NCBI GenBank assembly: GCA_003176045.1
Contig: PSRM01000108.1
Span: 4,171-68,170, forward strand
Reading direction: 5' to 3'
DNA from: Verrucomicrobiota bacterium
GTDB lineage: Bacteria > Verrucomicrobiota > Verrucomicrobiia > Limisphaerales > UBA8199
Length of the DNA stretch: 64,000 bases
The position numbers and the translations under genes were made by a program. Each line of letters starts with the position of its first letter. Position 1 is the first letter of the stretch. Below, in pieces: positions 1 to 11,000 of this stretch. Below the pieces are notes generated by a model. It saw nothing but the letters and a program-made list of their open reading frames with translations. It was not told where the DNA came from and did no database searches.

Positions 1-570
1 TTTGAGCGACGTGACGCCGAGGATGATGACTAGGTAGCCGCTGACGTTGCTGGCGCGCATGTGAAAGCGCGTGTGAATGACCAAAGCGTACTCCAGTTCG
101 CTACCCTCGACCGTGATCGAACGGAGGACTTTGTCTACTTTGTCCACCTGGAGATAGGGAACGGTAAAGGTAACCTGCACCTTCAGGAGGTTGCCAAAAG
201 CGCCCAGGCACGCGTTCAAAAGAATGTTTCCCACCTCGGTAATGACTTCCCGGGCGGCCCCATCCAGCTTTTCCTGCCGCTGCTCCCGATCCGTCAGAAG
301 GCTGTTGAGGAGCAAGGCGGCCTCACGATCTAGAAGCAAAACCGCATTTCCGTTGATCGGCCCGGAAAAGATCTGGTTTACGCTGGCGACCTCGTCCTGG
401 ATCACTTGCAGCAGCCGCGTCTTGATTTCTCCAATACCGTGAATGGCCACCTCCGGCACCTCGAGGGAAATGCGGTGGCCGGTAAGGTCGGACAACGCCG
501 CCGCGGCGCGAGCATACCCGATGTTGATGAGTTCGGTCAGCGCGTCCTGCTGGGTGGCTGTCAATTCCAT
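1..570 (-). CDS. cheC: CheC-like chemotaxis phosphatase (C-terminus runs off the left edge)
   Basis: Own translation of the minus strand from ATG 570..568: MELTATQQDALTELINIGYARAAAALSDL...REVITEVGNILLNACLGAF. It has two CheC-type x3-E-x2-N motifs (DALTELIN, EVITEVGN). The frame is open to position 1. Last gene of the che operon. Confidence 0.6.
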   Translation of the reverse strand, partial: MELTATQQDALTELINIGYARAAAALSDLTGHRISLEVPEVAIHGIGEIKTRLLQVIQDEVASVNQIFSGPINGNAVLLLDREAALLLNSLLTDREQRQEKLDGAAREVITEVGNILLNACLGAFGNLLKVQVTFTVPYLQVDKVDKVLRSITVEGSELEYALVIHTRFHMRASNVSGYLVIILGVTSLK

Positions 571-938
571 ACGGTTCCTCCGGCTAAGACGACGGAAAGC
601 ACTTCGGCAAGCTGTTCTTTAGTGACCGGCTTGTTGAGCAAGGCGACGGCTCCCGCTTCCCTGACTTGTTCACGCGTGGTTCGCTGAATATCTGCCGTCG
701 CCACGATGACGGGTAAATCGGGGTTCAGCTCCTTGAACTTCCGTAATACCTCCACACCATACATCCCGTGCATTAACAAATCCAGCACGATAACATCATG
801 ATGGTTCAGGACATAACGCTCCAGCGCCTGCGCGCCGTCCGAGACCTCCTCGACCTCATGGCCCAATTCTTCGAGGATTTTCCGGATCAAACGCCGCGCC
901 AAACCCGAGTCATCCACTATTAAGATTTTGGATTTCAT
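561..938 (-). CDS. cheY: CheY-like single-domain response regulator
   Basis: ORF 561..1085 trimmed to the internal ATG at 938 (MKSKILIVDDSGLARRL...). Receiver domain with DD pair, VLDLLM Asp, and NKP Lys. ATGA start/stop overlap with cheB. Confidence 0.85.
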   Translation of the reverse strand: MKSKILIVDDSGLARRLIRKILEELGHEVEEVSDGAQALERYVLNHHDVIVLDLLMHGMYGVEVLRKFKELNPDLPVIVATADIQRTTREQVREAGAVALLNKPVTKEQLAEVLSVVLAGGTVWN

Positions 939-1966
939 AATCGTTTGCTGATTTCGGCGGCCATGGAAGCCAAAGGCACCGCCGCGTCGCTTAATCCAGC
1001 CTCTGCCACCGAGCGAGGCATCCCGTAGATTACGCAACTCTGTTCGTCCTGCGTCAAGACCGTTCCGCCCTGGGCCTTGATCCACGCTGCCCCCTGCTTA
1101 CCGTCGTCGCCCATCCCGGTCATCACCACTCCGAGGACCCGTTGGTGGAACGTTTCCGCCGCCGATTGGAAGAGGACATCCACCGAAGGGCGGTGCGGTT
1201 TGTCCATGGGTTGGACAGACAAATGAACGACGACCTGGCCCTGGGAATTTTTTTTGAAAGACAGGTGGCGTCCGGCTGGAGCGAGCAAAGCTTCGCCCGG
1301 CTGAACGAGGCATCCTTCGTGCGCCTCTTTGACGGACAACCTGGAAATCTCAGCCAGTTTTTCTGCGAACGGCGCCGTGTAACCCAGGGGCATGTGCAAC
1401 ACTATGACGAAAGGCACGGGAAAGTCAGCCGCAAATTGCGGAATCAGGTAACGCAATGCCTGTGGGCCGCCGGTCGAAATCCCCAGCACCACAATGTCCA
1501 CGTGCACGGCTGGGCGCGAAGGTTGGGCGAAGGAAACCGCCGGGACAGGCAACACAATGGGCGGAGAGGCCACCGCAGCCACTCCTTGTACTTTCTCGAT
1601 CAGGGCTTCACGCATCGCCAGCAGATCGTCGTTGGCCAGCGCGGTCGGCTTTTGGATAAAGTCCACCGCGCCTGATTCCAGCGCCTCGATGACCCGCACG
1701 GCGTCCTTCGGGGATGCGGTCAGGATGAGGATTGGGACCGGTTTGCGCATCATCTGTTTTCGCACGAAACCCACTCCGTCCAGATCCGGCATGAAGAGGT
1801 CGCAGGTCACCACGTCGGGTTGGAGTTGCTCGACCATTTGCAGGGCCTCTTCGCCGTTTCTCGCGGCGCCAACCACGTCAATCTTGGGACTGCGGCTCAG
1901 CATGTCGCGAACAGCCTTTCTGACAAACGCCGAATCATCTACAATCACTGTTCTAATCAATGGCAT
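935..1966 (-). CDS. cheB: Protein-glutamate methylesterase CheB (receiver + methylesterase)
   Basis: N-terminal receiver (VIVDDSAFVRK, DLFMPDLDG) plus methylesterase core (GISTGGPQAL, GMGDDG, VIYGMP). Confidence 0.9.
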   Translation of the reverse strand: MPLIRTVIVDDSAFVRKAVRDMLSRSPKIDVVGAARNGEEALQMVEQLQPDVVTCDLFMPDLDGVGFVRKQMMRKPVPILILTASPKDAVRVIEALESGAVDFIQKPTALANDDLLAMREALIEKVQGVAAVASPPIVLPVPAVSFAQPSRPAVHVDIVVLGISTGGPQALRYLIPQFAADFPVPFVIVLHMPLGYTAPFAEKLAEISRLSVKEAHEGCLVQPGEALLAPAGRHLSFKKNSQGQVVVHLSVQPMDKPHRPSVDVLFQSAAETFHQRVLGVVMTGMGDDGKQGAAWIKAQGGTVLTQDEQSCVIYGMPRSVAEAGLSDAAVPLASMAAEISKRL

Positions 1967-1971
1967 TTCCT

Positions 1972-2805
1972 TTAGAGCCGCACGTAAGCCAGCGCCTCGC
2001 CGACTTGCTTCAGTTCGAAGTCGGTCGTTACTCGCAACAGGGATTCCGAAGCGCCCACAAACAGGTGGCCGCCGGGAGGCATCTTCGCCGCCATCATGGC
2101 GACGGTTTGCTGAATGGCGTGACGCGAAAAATAAATGAAAACGTTCCGGCAGAATATCACCTGCACGCGGGCCAGCGGCGCGATTTCTCCCCGCTCGAAT
2201 AAATTTGCGCGGGTGAAAGACACCCGGGTTTTAATCGTGTCCGACAGCTTCCACCCTTCCTGGTCCGGGGTAAAGTATTTTTGGCGCAGGCCCGCAGACA
2301 ATGCGCGGAACGCTCTCTCACGGAAAACACCACGCTGCGCTTTTTCCAGCGCCGCAAGGCTGGCGTCGCTGCCGTGGATTTCGATCGGGTGGATGCCCAG
2401 GCCCGCTTCGGCCAGGGCGATGGCCACGGTATACGGTTCCTCACCCGTCGCGCAGGCTGCCGACCAGATTCGAAACGGCAGGGAATTCTTTGCAAACCAC
2501 TCGGGAACGAGGACATCCACCAGCGCATTGATCTGGGCCATCTCCCTCCAAAAGTAGGTCTCCTGCACCGAGAGCGCATCCCACGCCCGATCCCACTCAG
2601 CGTGGTTGTTATCCTTCAGTGCGTAGTAATAATCCAGAAAGGAGTTGAAGCCACGGTCTTGCGCCGCCGGTTGCAGTTTCTCGACCAAAAAATCCATCCG
2701 GCTATCTTCAAAAAACAGCCCGGTGCGATCGTGGATCAGATCACGCAGTAACTGCGCAACTCCTTCCGGGATCCTGACCGGCCTGGCAGCTACCTCATGC
2801 GCCAT
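1972..2805 (-). CDS. cheR: MCP methyltransferase CheR
   Basis: YFWRE, IWSAACATGEEPYTVAI (SAM-binding) and IFCRNVFIYF motifs. Sits in the che operon. Confidence 0.9.
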   Translation of the reverse strand: MAHEVAARPVRIPEGVAQLLRDLIHDRTGLFFEDSRMDFLVEKLQPAAQDRGFNSFLDYYYALKDNNHAEWDRAWDALSVQETYFWREMAQINALVDVLVPEWFAKNSLPFRIWSAACATGEEPYTVAIALAEAGLGIHPIEIHGSDASLAALEKAQRGVFRERAFRALSAGLRQKYFTPDQEGWKLSDTIKTRVSFTRANLFERGEIAPLARVQVIFCRNVFIYFSRHAIQQTVAMMAAKMPPGGHLFVGASESLLRVTTDFELKQVGEALAYVRL

Positions 2806-2816
2806 AACGCGAAAGC

Positions 2817-4892
2817 TCAGGGCCGTCCGCCGTTTTCATCGGGTGAGCGGCGCCCGTTTCGCCGTTTGACCGGGAGCACCGCCCGGCGCTTTTCGCCAAG
2901 GATGGTCTCAATGTTTTCGGCGGCTTCGCCATTTTCACGGGCGACGTCACGGACTTCCTGAAGGCGCTCCAGGACGACGGTTGCCGATTGTGAGTACTGT
3001 AGATTAGCGGTAGCAATTGATTTTATTTGTTTTGTGATATTGGCGGAACCGGCGGTGACCTGCGTGAAGCTCAGGGCCTGTTCTTTCATGGCGCGGCTGG
3101 CCTGGCGCGTCTGCTCGTCGAACTCGCTGACTGCGGCTGTGATTTCTTTGGCCGCGGTTGCCTGCTCGTTCATGGCTTTGGTCAGTCCGGCGAACCGTGT
3201 GATGAGCTGGTCGGTTTCGCGGGCAACTTGTTCGATGGCGGTGGATTGTTCGGTCAGGGCGCGCACGGTCGAGGCCGAGCCCTTGCGCATGCCCTCGATC
3301 GCCTGAATAACTTGCCCGGCCCCGGTGGTTTGTTCGATCATGGCTTTTCGGATTTGCCCGGCGACGTCAGTGGTTGTCTGGGCAGCCTTAATAATTTCGC
3401 GGGCTGCTTTTGCCTGTTCGGCGTTGGCCTGGGAAACTTCGCGGGCGCTTTTTCGCATTTGCACCGAGGCCTGCACAATCTGCGCGGCGCCCTTGGCCTG
3501 TTCGGCAGTGCTGGCAGCTATTTCGCGAGACCGGTTTGTCGCCATCTGAATTGACTCGCTCACTTTCCTGACGGCCGACATTTGCTCATCCGAGGCGCGG
3601 CTGATCCGCGAAACCAGCGACGAGCTTTCGCCGATGCCGCTCAGGATCGTTTTCAGTCCGGCCAGTCCAGACTCGGAAAGCCGGTTGCTTTCGTCGGCAA
3701 CTCGAGCCCCGGAATTGGCCGCCTCGGTGGCCTCGCGCGTGGCGTCTTCCAACCCCCGGACGATGTCCGCTATTTCGGCGGTGGCCTTGGCGCAACGATC
3801 TGCCAGGTTTCGAATCTCTTCGGCGACCACCGCAAAACCACGCCCGGCTTCGCCTGCCCGCGCCGCCTCGATAGACGCATTCAGGGAGAGCAGATTGGTC
3901 CGTTCGGCGATCACTTCAATCGTGCCGACGATTCCTGAAATATCACGGGTCCGTTTGTTCAATTCACGCATGACGGACGTGGATTGGGTCATCGCGCCGG
4001 AAACCTTGGCGATTCCTTCAATGGATTTTTGAATGGATTGGCCGCCTTCCTCCGCCTGCCGGGAAACGCGTTGAGCGATTTCCTCAGTCTCCTTGACCAG
4101 CGCGTTTACCGAGCGGCTCGATTGCTCCATCTGCGCGGTGTTCGTCGCTGCATCGGCGGCCGCCTGCTTAATCGCCTCGCTGCTGGCCGAGACGGTCTGG
4201 ATCGAACGCGCCATCTCTTCGATCGAGGTCGCAGTTTCTTCAACCGAAGTCGCCAGGCCCTCGCTCATGCCACGGACCTCCTCGATGGACGCTGCCATTT
4301 CGTTGATGGAAGAGGACGTCTCTTCTGCTGCAGCCGCCAGGTCCTCGGAGTTGCGAGTCACGCTTTTAATGGACTGTCCCATTTCCTCAATCGCCGCGGC
4401 ATTCTCGGTAATGCTCACCGCCAAATCTTCATTGTCCCGCTTGACGGACTTTACGGATGCTGTCACCTCTTGCATCGAGGAGCGAATCTGCTGGCCGGAG
4501 GTCGCCATTTCTTCGGCGCTGCCGGCGACGGTTTGAATGGATGTCGAAAGCTGCTTTACCGATGCGGTGGTTTGGTTGGCGCTGCTCGCCACCTGGGCAA
4601 GGTTGGCCGTCACTTGTTCCACCGAAGCGGCGATTTCGTTGGTGGCCGAAACCGTTTTCTCGTTGGAACCTGCAAGGGATGCCGCTTGGGAAGCCGTCTC
4701 CTTCAGAGAGCGAGCCACTTCATTGGTTTCACTCAGTATCGAATCGAGACTCGCGTTTTCATTCTCAAGCCCGGCAGACACCCGCCTCACAACCTGCAGA
4801 ATGTCCGCGGAGGTTGTGGATTGCCGTCCGGTGTGCGCGCCTAACGGTCCATTTTTTATTCTCCGTTCCGTGGTGGAAGTATTTTTTGCCAT
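2817..4892 (-). CDS. Soluble (no TM) methyl-accepting chemotaxis protein, 691 aa
   Basis: Canonical MCP hairpin tip [36 protein letters not shown] at aa ~331-366 (nt ~3795-3902). No hydrophobic segment. Long Ala/Ser/Glu/Gln heptad-like arms on both sides of the tip. Confidence 0.9.
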   Translation of the reverse strand: MAKNTSTTERRIKNGPLGAHTGRQSTTSADILQVVRRVSAGLENENASLDSILSETNEVARSLKETASQAASLAGSNEKTVSATNEIAASVEQVTANLAQVASSANQTTASVKQLSTSIQTVAGSAEEMATSGQQIRSSMQEVTASVKSVKRDNEDLAVSITENAAAIEEMGQSIKSVTRNSEDLAAAAEETSSSINEMAASIEEVRGMSEGLATSVEETATSIEEMARSIQTVSASSEAIKQAAADAATNTAQMEQSSRSVNALVKETEEIAQRVSRQAEEGGQSIQKSIEGIAKVSGAMTQSTSVMRELNKRTRDISGIVGTIEVIAERTNLLSLNASIEAARAGEAGRGFAVVAEEIRNLADRCAKATAEIADIVRGLEDATREATEAANSGARVADESNRLSESGLAGLKTILSGIGESSSLVSRISRASDEQMSAVRKVSESIQMATNRSREIAASTAEQAKGAAQIVQASVQMRKSAREVSQANAEQAKAAREIIKAAQTTTDVAGQIRKAMIEQTTGAGQVIQAIEGMRKGSASTVRALTEQSTAIEQVARETDQLITRFAGLTKAMNEQATAAKEITAAVSEFDEQTRQASRAMKEQALSFTQVTAGSANITKQIKSIATANLQYSQSATVVLERLQEVRDVARENGEAAENIETILGEKRRAVLPVKRRNGRRSPDENGGRP

Positions 4893-4907
4893 AAAATCTA
4901 AATGTGT

Positions 4908-5429
4908 TCAGTGTGTTGATACCGTGGTCGCCGATGTTTGCCCGGGCTGAGAGGGATCGCTGCGTTCCGACCCGATGGATTGGGCTTCCGCCGGCACTTG
5001 AACGTCATCTACATTCAGCACCGCATCAAGGTCCAGGATGAGCACTAATCGCTCTCCAACCTTGGTGACTGCTTTCAGGTATCTTCCGTTTATGCCGGTC
5101 AGGGTCTCTTCAATGGGGTGGATGCTGTCCACGGGCAGATTCTGAAATTCGCGGGCGCTGTCCACGATGAGCCCGACTGTTCGATCATGCGCTATCACAA
5201 AGACGATCCGCGTTCGAACGGTTTTTTCCTGGCGCGGAAGGCCGAAGCGGATCCGAAGATTCAAAGCAGGAATCACCTGGCCGCGCGAAAACACTACGCC
5301 ATCTATCGCCGGATTGGCGTTAGGCACGAGCGTTACATGCTCGAACATCTCGATATGCTGGACATTTTGGCTGGGTATGCCGTAGATGCTGCCGCCCAAT
5401 TCAAACAGCACATAGGATTCTTTACTCAT
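4908..5429 (-). CDS. cheW: CheW coupling protein
   Basis: CheW-like domain (YVLFELGGSIYGIPSQNVQHI ... LVLILDLDAVL), located between cheA and the MCP gene. Confidence 0.85.
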   Translation of the reverse strand: MSKESYVLFELGGSIYGIPSQNVQHIEMFEHVTLVPNANPAIDGVVFSRGQVIPALNLRIRFGLPRQEKTVRTRIVFVIAHDRTVGLIVDSAREFQNLPVDSIHPIEETLTGINGRYLKAVTKVGERLVLILDLDAVLNVDDVQVPAEAQSIGSERSDPSQPGQTSATTVSTH

Positions 5430-5436
5430 GATTGTT

Positions 5437-7449
5437 TCACGTTGCGTATTGATGCATTTGGCTGCTTGAAATATCGGGTTCAGCCGGTCTCACGCTGCCG
5501 GACGTCAATGATGCACCGTCCAGTATCAGCACCGGCTTGCCGTCCCCGAGTTCAGTCGCTCCGCTGATTCCCGGCACCTGAATCAAGGGATCGCGCAGAG
5601 CGTTGACCACCACTTCTCTTTGGCCGAGGACTTTCTCCGCCAGCAAACCGACGCTCCCCCGGTCTGAAGTAATCACCAGCAGGCACATTTTGGATCGCGG
5701 TGTCCCTGGAAGGTTGAACAATTTCGCCATTCGGACCACCGGCAAAACACCCTGCCGGTACGGGATCACCTCAATGCCGTTGGCGATTTGAAGCTGGTCT
5801 TCCGACGCCAGCAGTATCTCCCGGACGAAGCTTTGCGGAATGGCGCATTTTTGCCCGGCGGCTTCCACCAGCAGCGTTTCCGCGATTGCCAGAGTCAACG
5901 GAAGTCGAATGGTAAATTGCGTGCCGCGACCCTCCTCGGTATCCAGCGTCAGATTGCCGCCGAGTTCGCGCACGATTGCATTGACGACCGTCATTCCCAT
6001 CCCGCGTCCCGCCGCCCGATCCGCATCCTCCCGCGTGGAAAATCCGGGTGCGCAAAGGATCTGTAAAATAGAATGATTGTCCACCGCCTGCGGCAACTCT
6101 ACACCCAGCGTTTTGGCCCGTTGGAGGATCGCATGGGGATTGATCCCTCTCCCATCGTCCTGGACGCGAATGATAACTGAATCACCGATAGTCGAAGCAC
6201 TCAACTTGATTGTGGCTTCCTGCGGCTTGGAAGCCGCGGCCCGCTCTTCCGGAGACTCGACGCCGTGACTGAACGCATTTCTAACCAGATGCAGCAGCGG
6301 GTCCTTGAGCCGTTCGATCAGATATTTATCAACCGCTGTATCCTGGCCGGCCAGTTCGAGCCTGGCCTTTTTCTGGGTCTGTCTGGCCAGATCGCGCACC
6401 ACGAACGGCATGCGGGCGAATATCTCGGCAACGGTCACCAGGCGCACGCGCATGATCGCCTCCCGCAGCTCCCGCAACGACCGCGCCATGCCGCCGCTGG
6501 CTTCCTGGATTCCCCGGAGGTCAACCCGGGCCGCGGCTCCATTCAGTCGCGCCAGTTGGGCCTCCAGGCGTGAACGGTGAATCACCATCTCGCCCGTGAT
6601 GCGCATCAAATCATCCAGCCGCTTCAAATCCACCCGCACGATATGGGAAGGGGCCAGGAAGGGACTATGTTCGGCTTCCGCGCTCTCCGCAGTCTCTGCC
6701 TGGATGGCCGGCGACTGGCTGGCTTCGAGTTCCGCCGGTTTGATGGCCACGCCTTTGGCTTCCCAGCCGGCCAGATCATTGGGAGCATCCCGGGCCGCGA
6801 TCAGGAACTCGAATTTCAGGTCGCCTTTCCCTTGAACTTGCGGCGTGGCCTTTAAAATCTCTCCCGTGTTCGAGAGTTGCTCGCGAACCGAAGTGACTGT
6901 GATGCCCGAAGCGTTGAGTTCCCGGGCAGGTGTGAACGTGTATTGCCACAATTGCAAGCCCCGAGCTCTTGCCTCTTCAACGCGCGTCAGCAAGTCCGTG
7001 TCGGACGGACCGCTTCGGGGTGACGGGCCAGTGAGGGAAGAGTGTTCGCATTGCGCCGTTATATCTGCCAGCAGCGACTCGTAGCCCGGTAAGGGGCTGC
7101 CTGAACGAAATGCGGCTACCACTTGCTCGAGTTTTTGAATCGCAGCCATCAGCACTTCCAGGCCCTTCGCGCTTAGTTGGGCCTTTCCTTCCCGCATCAG
7201 CCTGAGGAAATCCTCCGTCCTGTGCGCCACCGCTTCCGCCGGCGCAAGCCCCACGATGGCTGAAATGCCTTTAAATGAATGAAATTCCAGAAACAGCCCT
7301 TCAACGACCTTCGCATCGGGCTGGGCCTTTCCTACCGAAGCCTCCAGTTGCAATAACCCTTGCCGAATTCCCACCAGATGCTCGTCCGCTTCCGCGAGGA
7401 AATCATCCCGCATCTGCGCATTCAACACTGCTGCCGGCCCGCCGTTCAA
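5437..7449 (-). CDS. cheA: Chemotaxis histidine kinase CheA
   Basis: Hpt (HSFKGISAIVG), HATPase boxes (HLVRNAFSHGVE, DDGRGI, GRGMGMTVV) and a C-terminal CheW-like domain. Confidence 0.9.
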   Translation of the reverse strand: MNGGPAAVLNAQMRDDFLAEADEHLVGIRQGLLQLEASVGKAQPDAKVVEGLFLEFHSFKGISAIVGLAPAEAVAHRTEDFLRLMREGKAQLSAKGLEVLMAAIQKLEQVVAAFRSGSPLPGYESLLADITAQCEHSSLTGPSPRSGPSDTDLLTRVEEARARGLQLWQYTFTPARELNASGITVTSVREQLSNTGEILKATPQVQGKGDLKFEFLIAARDAPNDLAGWEAKGVAIKPAELEASQSPAIQAETAESAEAEHSPFLAPSHIVRVDLKRLDDLMRITGEMVIHRSRLEAQLARLNGAAARVDLRGIQEASGGMARSLRELREAIMRVRLVTVAEIFARMPFVVRDLARQTQKKARLELAGQDTAVDKYLIERLKDPLLHLVRNAFSHGVESPEERAAASKPQEATIKLSASTIGDSVIIRVQDDGRGINPHAILQRAKTLGVELPQAVDNHSILQILCAPGFSTREDADRAAGRGMGMTVVNAIVRELGGNLTLDTEEGRGTQFTIRLPLTLAIAETLLVEAAGQKCAIPQSFVREILLASEDQLQIANGIEVIPYRQGVLPVVRMAKLFNLPGTPRSKMCLLVITSDRGSVGLLAEKVLGQREVVVNALRDPLIQVPGISGATELGDGKPVLILDGASLTSGSVRPAEPDISSSQMHQYAT

Positions 7450-7856
7450 CCGGCCACTCCCGTCTGGGGGGGGCAGACATGCTCAAGAATCCGATGCAAA
7501 TCGCTAACCCGGATGGGTTTGACCAAATAATCCACCGCTCCCAATTGGGCTGCCCGCGCTTTATCGTCATCATGGTCCGATCCGCTTAGAACGATCACCT
7601 GGATTGGAATCGCGAACGTTTGGGTTCGCATCCAATCCAAAACCTCGAATCCGTTCAGGACCGGCATCTTCAGGTCCAGGAAAATCGTTTGCGGAAGCTC
7701 CCCCGTTTCCGACGCATTCCGCAGAAATTCAACCGCCTCGACGCCATTCCCGACGTGCTGCAATGAACAACTCACCTCCGACTTTTCAAGCTCACGCTCG
7801 AAAAAGAAAGCGTCGTCGTCTGAATCTTCCACCAACAGTATAAGAGGCGTCTTCAT
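7446..7856 (-). CDS. Receiver-only response regulator (first gene of che operon)
   Basis: LILLVEDSDDDAFFF, FLDLKMP phospho-Asp, LVKP Lys. 4-nt overlap with the cheA start. Confidence 0.85.
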   Translation of the reverse strand: MKTPLILLVEDSDDDAFFFERELEKSEVSCSLQHVGNGVEAVEFLRNASETGELPQTIFLDLKMPVLNGFEVLDWMRTQTFAIPIQVIVLSGSDHDDDKARAAQLGAVDYLVKPIRVSDLHRILEHVCPPQTGVAG

Positions 7857-8043
7857 TTAGCGTATCCGTTTATTCCCCCTGCGAACCTGCGCGTAGAATG
7901 TTACCAACGCAAGCAATACCTCGGGGATTTTTCACAGAGTCATTGCCGCTGGGAATCTCAGATTATTTTTAGCAAAACACTGCATCCATTTCATGGTAGG
8001 TGTTTCCCCCATACGTCACACTGGAGATCAATTACTCTGGTGC

Positions 8044-11000
8044 CTATCTAGCCACGCGGGCTTCCTCGAGTTCGATTTCGGCCCAGGAGGGAGCGCGCCA
8101 GAGGTGGAGCTGCCCTGCCTCGTTGATCGAGCCCAACAAGCTTTCATCGGAAGCAAAGGCGGTGTTGTGAAAGAGGCCGCCATTGCCGGGCAGGGCAAGC
8201 AATTCGCGACGGGTTTCGACATCCCAAATTTTTATCGCTTCTTTGGTGCCGTTGCCCACCGCAAGTCGCGTGCTGTCAGGAGAAAAGGCTAATGAGAAAG
8301 CTGTCAGCGATCGAAACACCCGCGGTTGGATTTGAGCCGAACCGTCATTGAAATCCTGCCTGTCCCACATCCAGATGCCGCCGCCGCTGGCGATTTGGGC
8401 AGTGAAGCGCCCTGTGGTGGGCGCTTGCGCAAAGAACCTGCCATCCGGTGAAAGCGCCTCGAGCAACCCGCCTGGCGGGTCCGTTCTGAATTGTGGCGGC
8501 AGCCTTGGCAACCCGGAAACCAGCCAGCCTGGCTTTGAGCGCGGGGGTTCGCCCAGGCCAAGCTCCGCTGCGGTCTTGCCGCGAAGATCCGTTTTCTGCC
8601 GGAAGTCCGGACCATCCCATTGGGCGAGATGGCCTGCGCGATCGGCGCACACAACCGATTTGTTGTCCGCAGTAAACCGCCACGCGGCGACCAGGTCGGG
8701 CAAGGTAACGCGGTTCTGTTGCGCCAGTTGGCGGCGTGTGTCCCACACCAGGACTTCGCCGTCCTTGCTCCCGCTCACGAACGTCTTGCCATCCGGCGAC
8801 GCCGCCAGCCGCCAAACTTCGTGCTTGTGGCCGGATAAAATCCGCGGCGCCGGCGTGTTCATCAGGTCGCTGAGATTCCAGACGCGGATGGTTTCGTCGC
8901 AACTCGCCGAAACCAGGGATTTGCCGTCGGGCAAAAAATCAAGTGAAGTGACAATCGCGGTGTGTCCCTGCAGCCGCCCGACTTGCCGGCCCGAGCTGAC
9001 GTCCCAAAGAAAAATGGCTCCGTCTCCGAGCCCGCCGCCCGAGGCGAGGATCCGGTCATCGGTCGAGAAGGCCAGCCCCCACACCGCTTGATCCGGCGAT
9101 TTGGTTCGCCATCGCTCCGCTCCGGTGTCGAGGTCAATGACGCAGAGTTGACTGCCTTTGGCCCGATAAGCCGCGAGATTCGAATGGCGGCTGATGGCGA
9201 AGCCGTGGGGCAGGAAAACGCCTCCGACATCAGGTGTTGGATGCGAGGCGATCAAGTGCCGGTCAGACACCCGCCACAGCTTAATCTGATCCTCCGGGTC
9301 CTCGCTCAGGACGATCAACGTCTGGCCATCTCGTGAAAAGGTCAGCGCCCCGCACCGTGCGGCCAGTAGCAGCTCATCCGGCAGCCGTTGTCTTGTACGG
9401 CCATCCCAAAACCCAATTCTGTAGTCGCTGCCACCGCCTTCCATCGCAAAGGCCAGCAATGGCTCGCGCGGCGAGAAAGCTGCTATGGTTCTGCCGCGGC
9501 CTGCGGACAGCAGCGCGATTTGCTTGCTGGTCGCAAGGTCCATCACGGAGACGATTCCACCCTCTTGTTCGCCGACGGCCACCCATTGGCCATCGTGCGA
9601 AATCAAGATCGAGAAAACCGAGTTTGATCTTTGGCATAGCGTGTTTTGCGCCTCGCTCCGGCAGAGACTCCACAAATAGCGCCACTCCCACCCGCGCAAA
9701 TCCGCTTCCCCAGCCCCAGGCCTGTGCCGGTTCAGAATCTCTCGCGCGCTGCCCAGCTTGCGGGTTTCAATAGCGTTCTGGACCAGGCGCATGTCGGAGG
9801 CGTAGGCGGTTCGCCGCGCCGCCAGTTTCTCCTTTTCGGCTTGCGCGCGGGCCTGCTCGGCCACATTGCGCAAGCGGCGCTGCTCCTTTTCCGCCCGGCT
9901 TGCCCGAATCGCCTGCCAGGTGCTCGCGGCCAGGCCGGCCACCAACACGAACAGCACGACGCTGGCAGCCGTGAACGCAACCTTGTTTCGAAGCACCAGC
10001 TTTTGAAGCCGGTATAGTCCGCCCGGCGGCCGGGCCACGACCGGCTCGTTCTCCAAATGCCGCTGGATATCCACTGCCAATGCGTTGGCTGTCTGGTAGC
10101 GCCGATCGCGGTCCTTCTCCAAACACTTCATCGCCACCCAATCCAGATCGCCTTTGACCAGGTGAATCAGTTTCGGAGCATCTAGCCGGCGCGCTCGCGC
10201 AACGGTCTTGAGGTCTATCTGGCTCAGTGTTTGTAGTCTGGTTGAAGGGCGGGCAGGTTCCTCCTCGCGCACCACGCGGCGAATTTCGTCCAGTCCCGCT
10301 TCAAGCAACCGTTTGGCATCAAACGGCGTCCTGCCGGTGAGCAGTTCGTAGAGAACAACCCCCAGACTGTAAATATCGGTGCGCGTGTCAATATCCACGC
10401 CGCTCATCTGCGCCTGCTCCGGACTCATATAAGCCGGTGTGCCGATGAATTGCTCGAAGGCGGTGAAAACCGTCTTATTAGTCAGCCGCTGGCCCCCCGT
10501 AGCCTTCGCGATGCCGAAATCAATCACCTTGGGAACGTGCCGGCCATCCACCGTGGTAACGAGTATGTTCGAGGGCTTGAGGTCGCGATGAATGATTCCT
10601 TTTTGGTGCGCATGCTGAACGGCGGAACAGACCTGCGCGAACAATTCCAGCCGTTCGCGCGGCGAAAGCTCTTGCTCATCACAGAACTCGGTGATTCTTT
10701 TCCCTCGCACTAACTCCATGATAAAGTAAGGCCGGCCACTGTCTGTGGCGCCTGCTTCCAGGACCCGGGCAATGTTCGGATGGTCCATCATGGCCAGCGC
10801 CTGGCGTTCGGCTTCAAAACGGGCCACGACTTGCCTGGTGTCCATGCCCAGCTTGATGACCTTCAAAGCCACCTTCCGGCGCACCGGTTCCTCCTGCTCG
10901 GCCATATAGACCACTCCACAGCCTCCTTCACCGATCTGCTGCAGGAGCTTGTAGCGGCCAATACGGTCGCCCGCTTTTTCGGTTGGAGCAGATGCTGCCT

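Noticed and set aside
3027-4950. Long plus-strand ORFs (e.g. 3027..3554, 3984..4844, 4537..4950) antisense to the MCP gene.
   Set aside because: They mirror a low-complexity Ala/Ser/Glu-rich gene in GC-rich DNA, give Gly/Arg/Leu-rich nonsense, and the minus-strand frame carries the unmistakable MCP tip.
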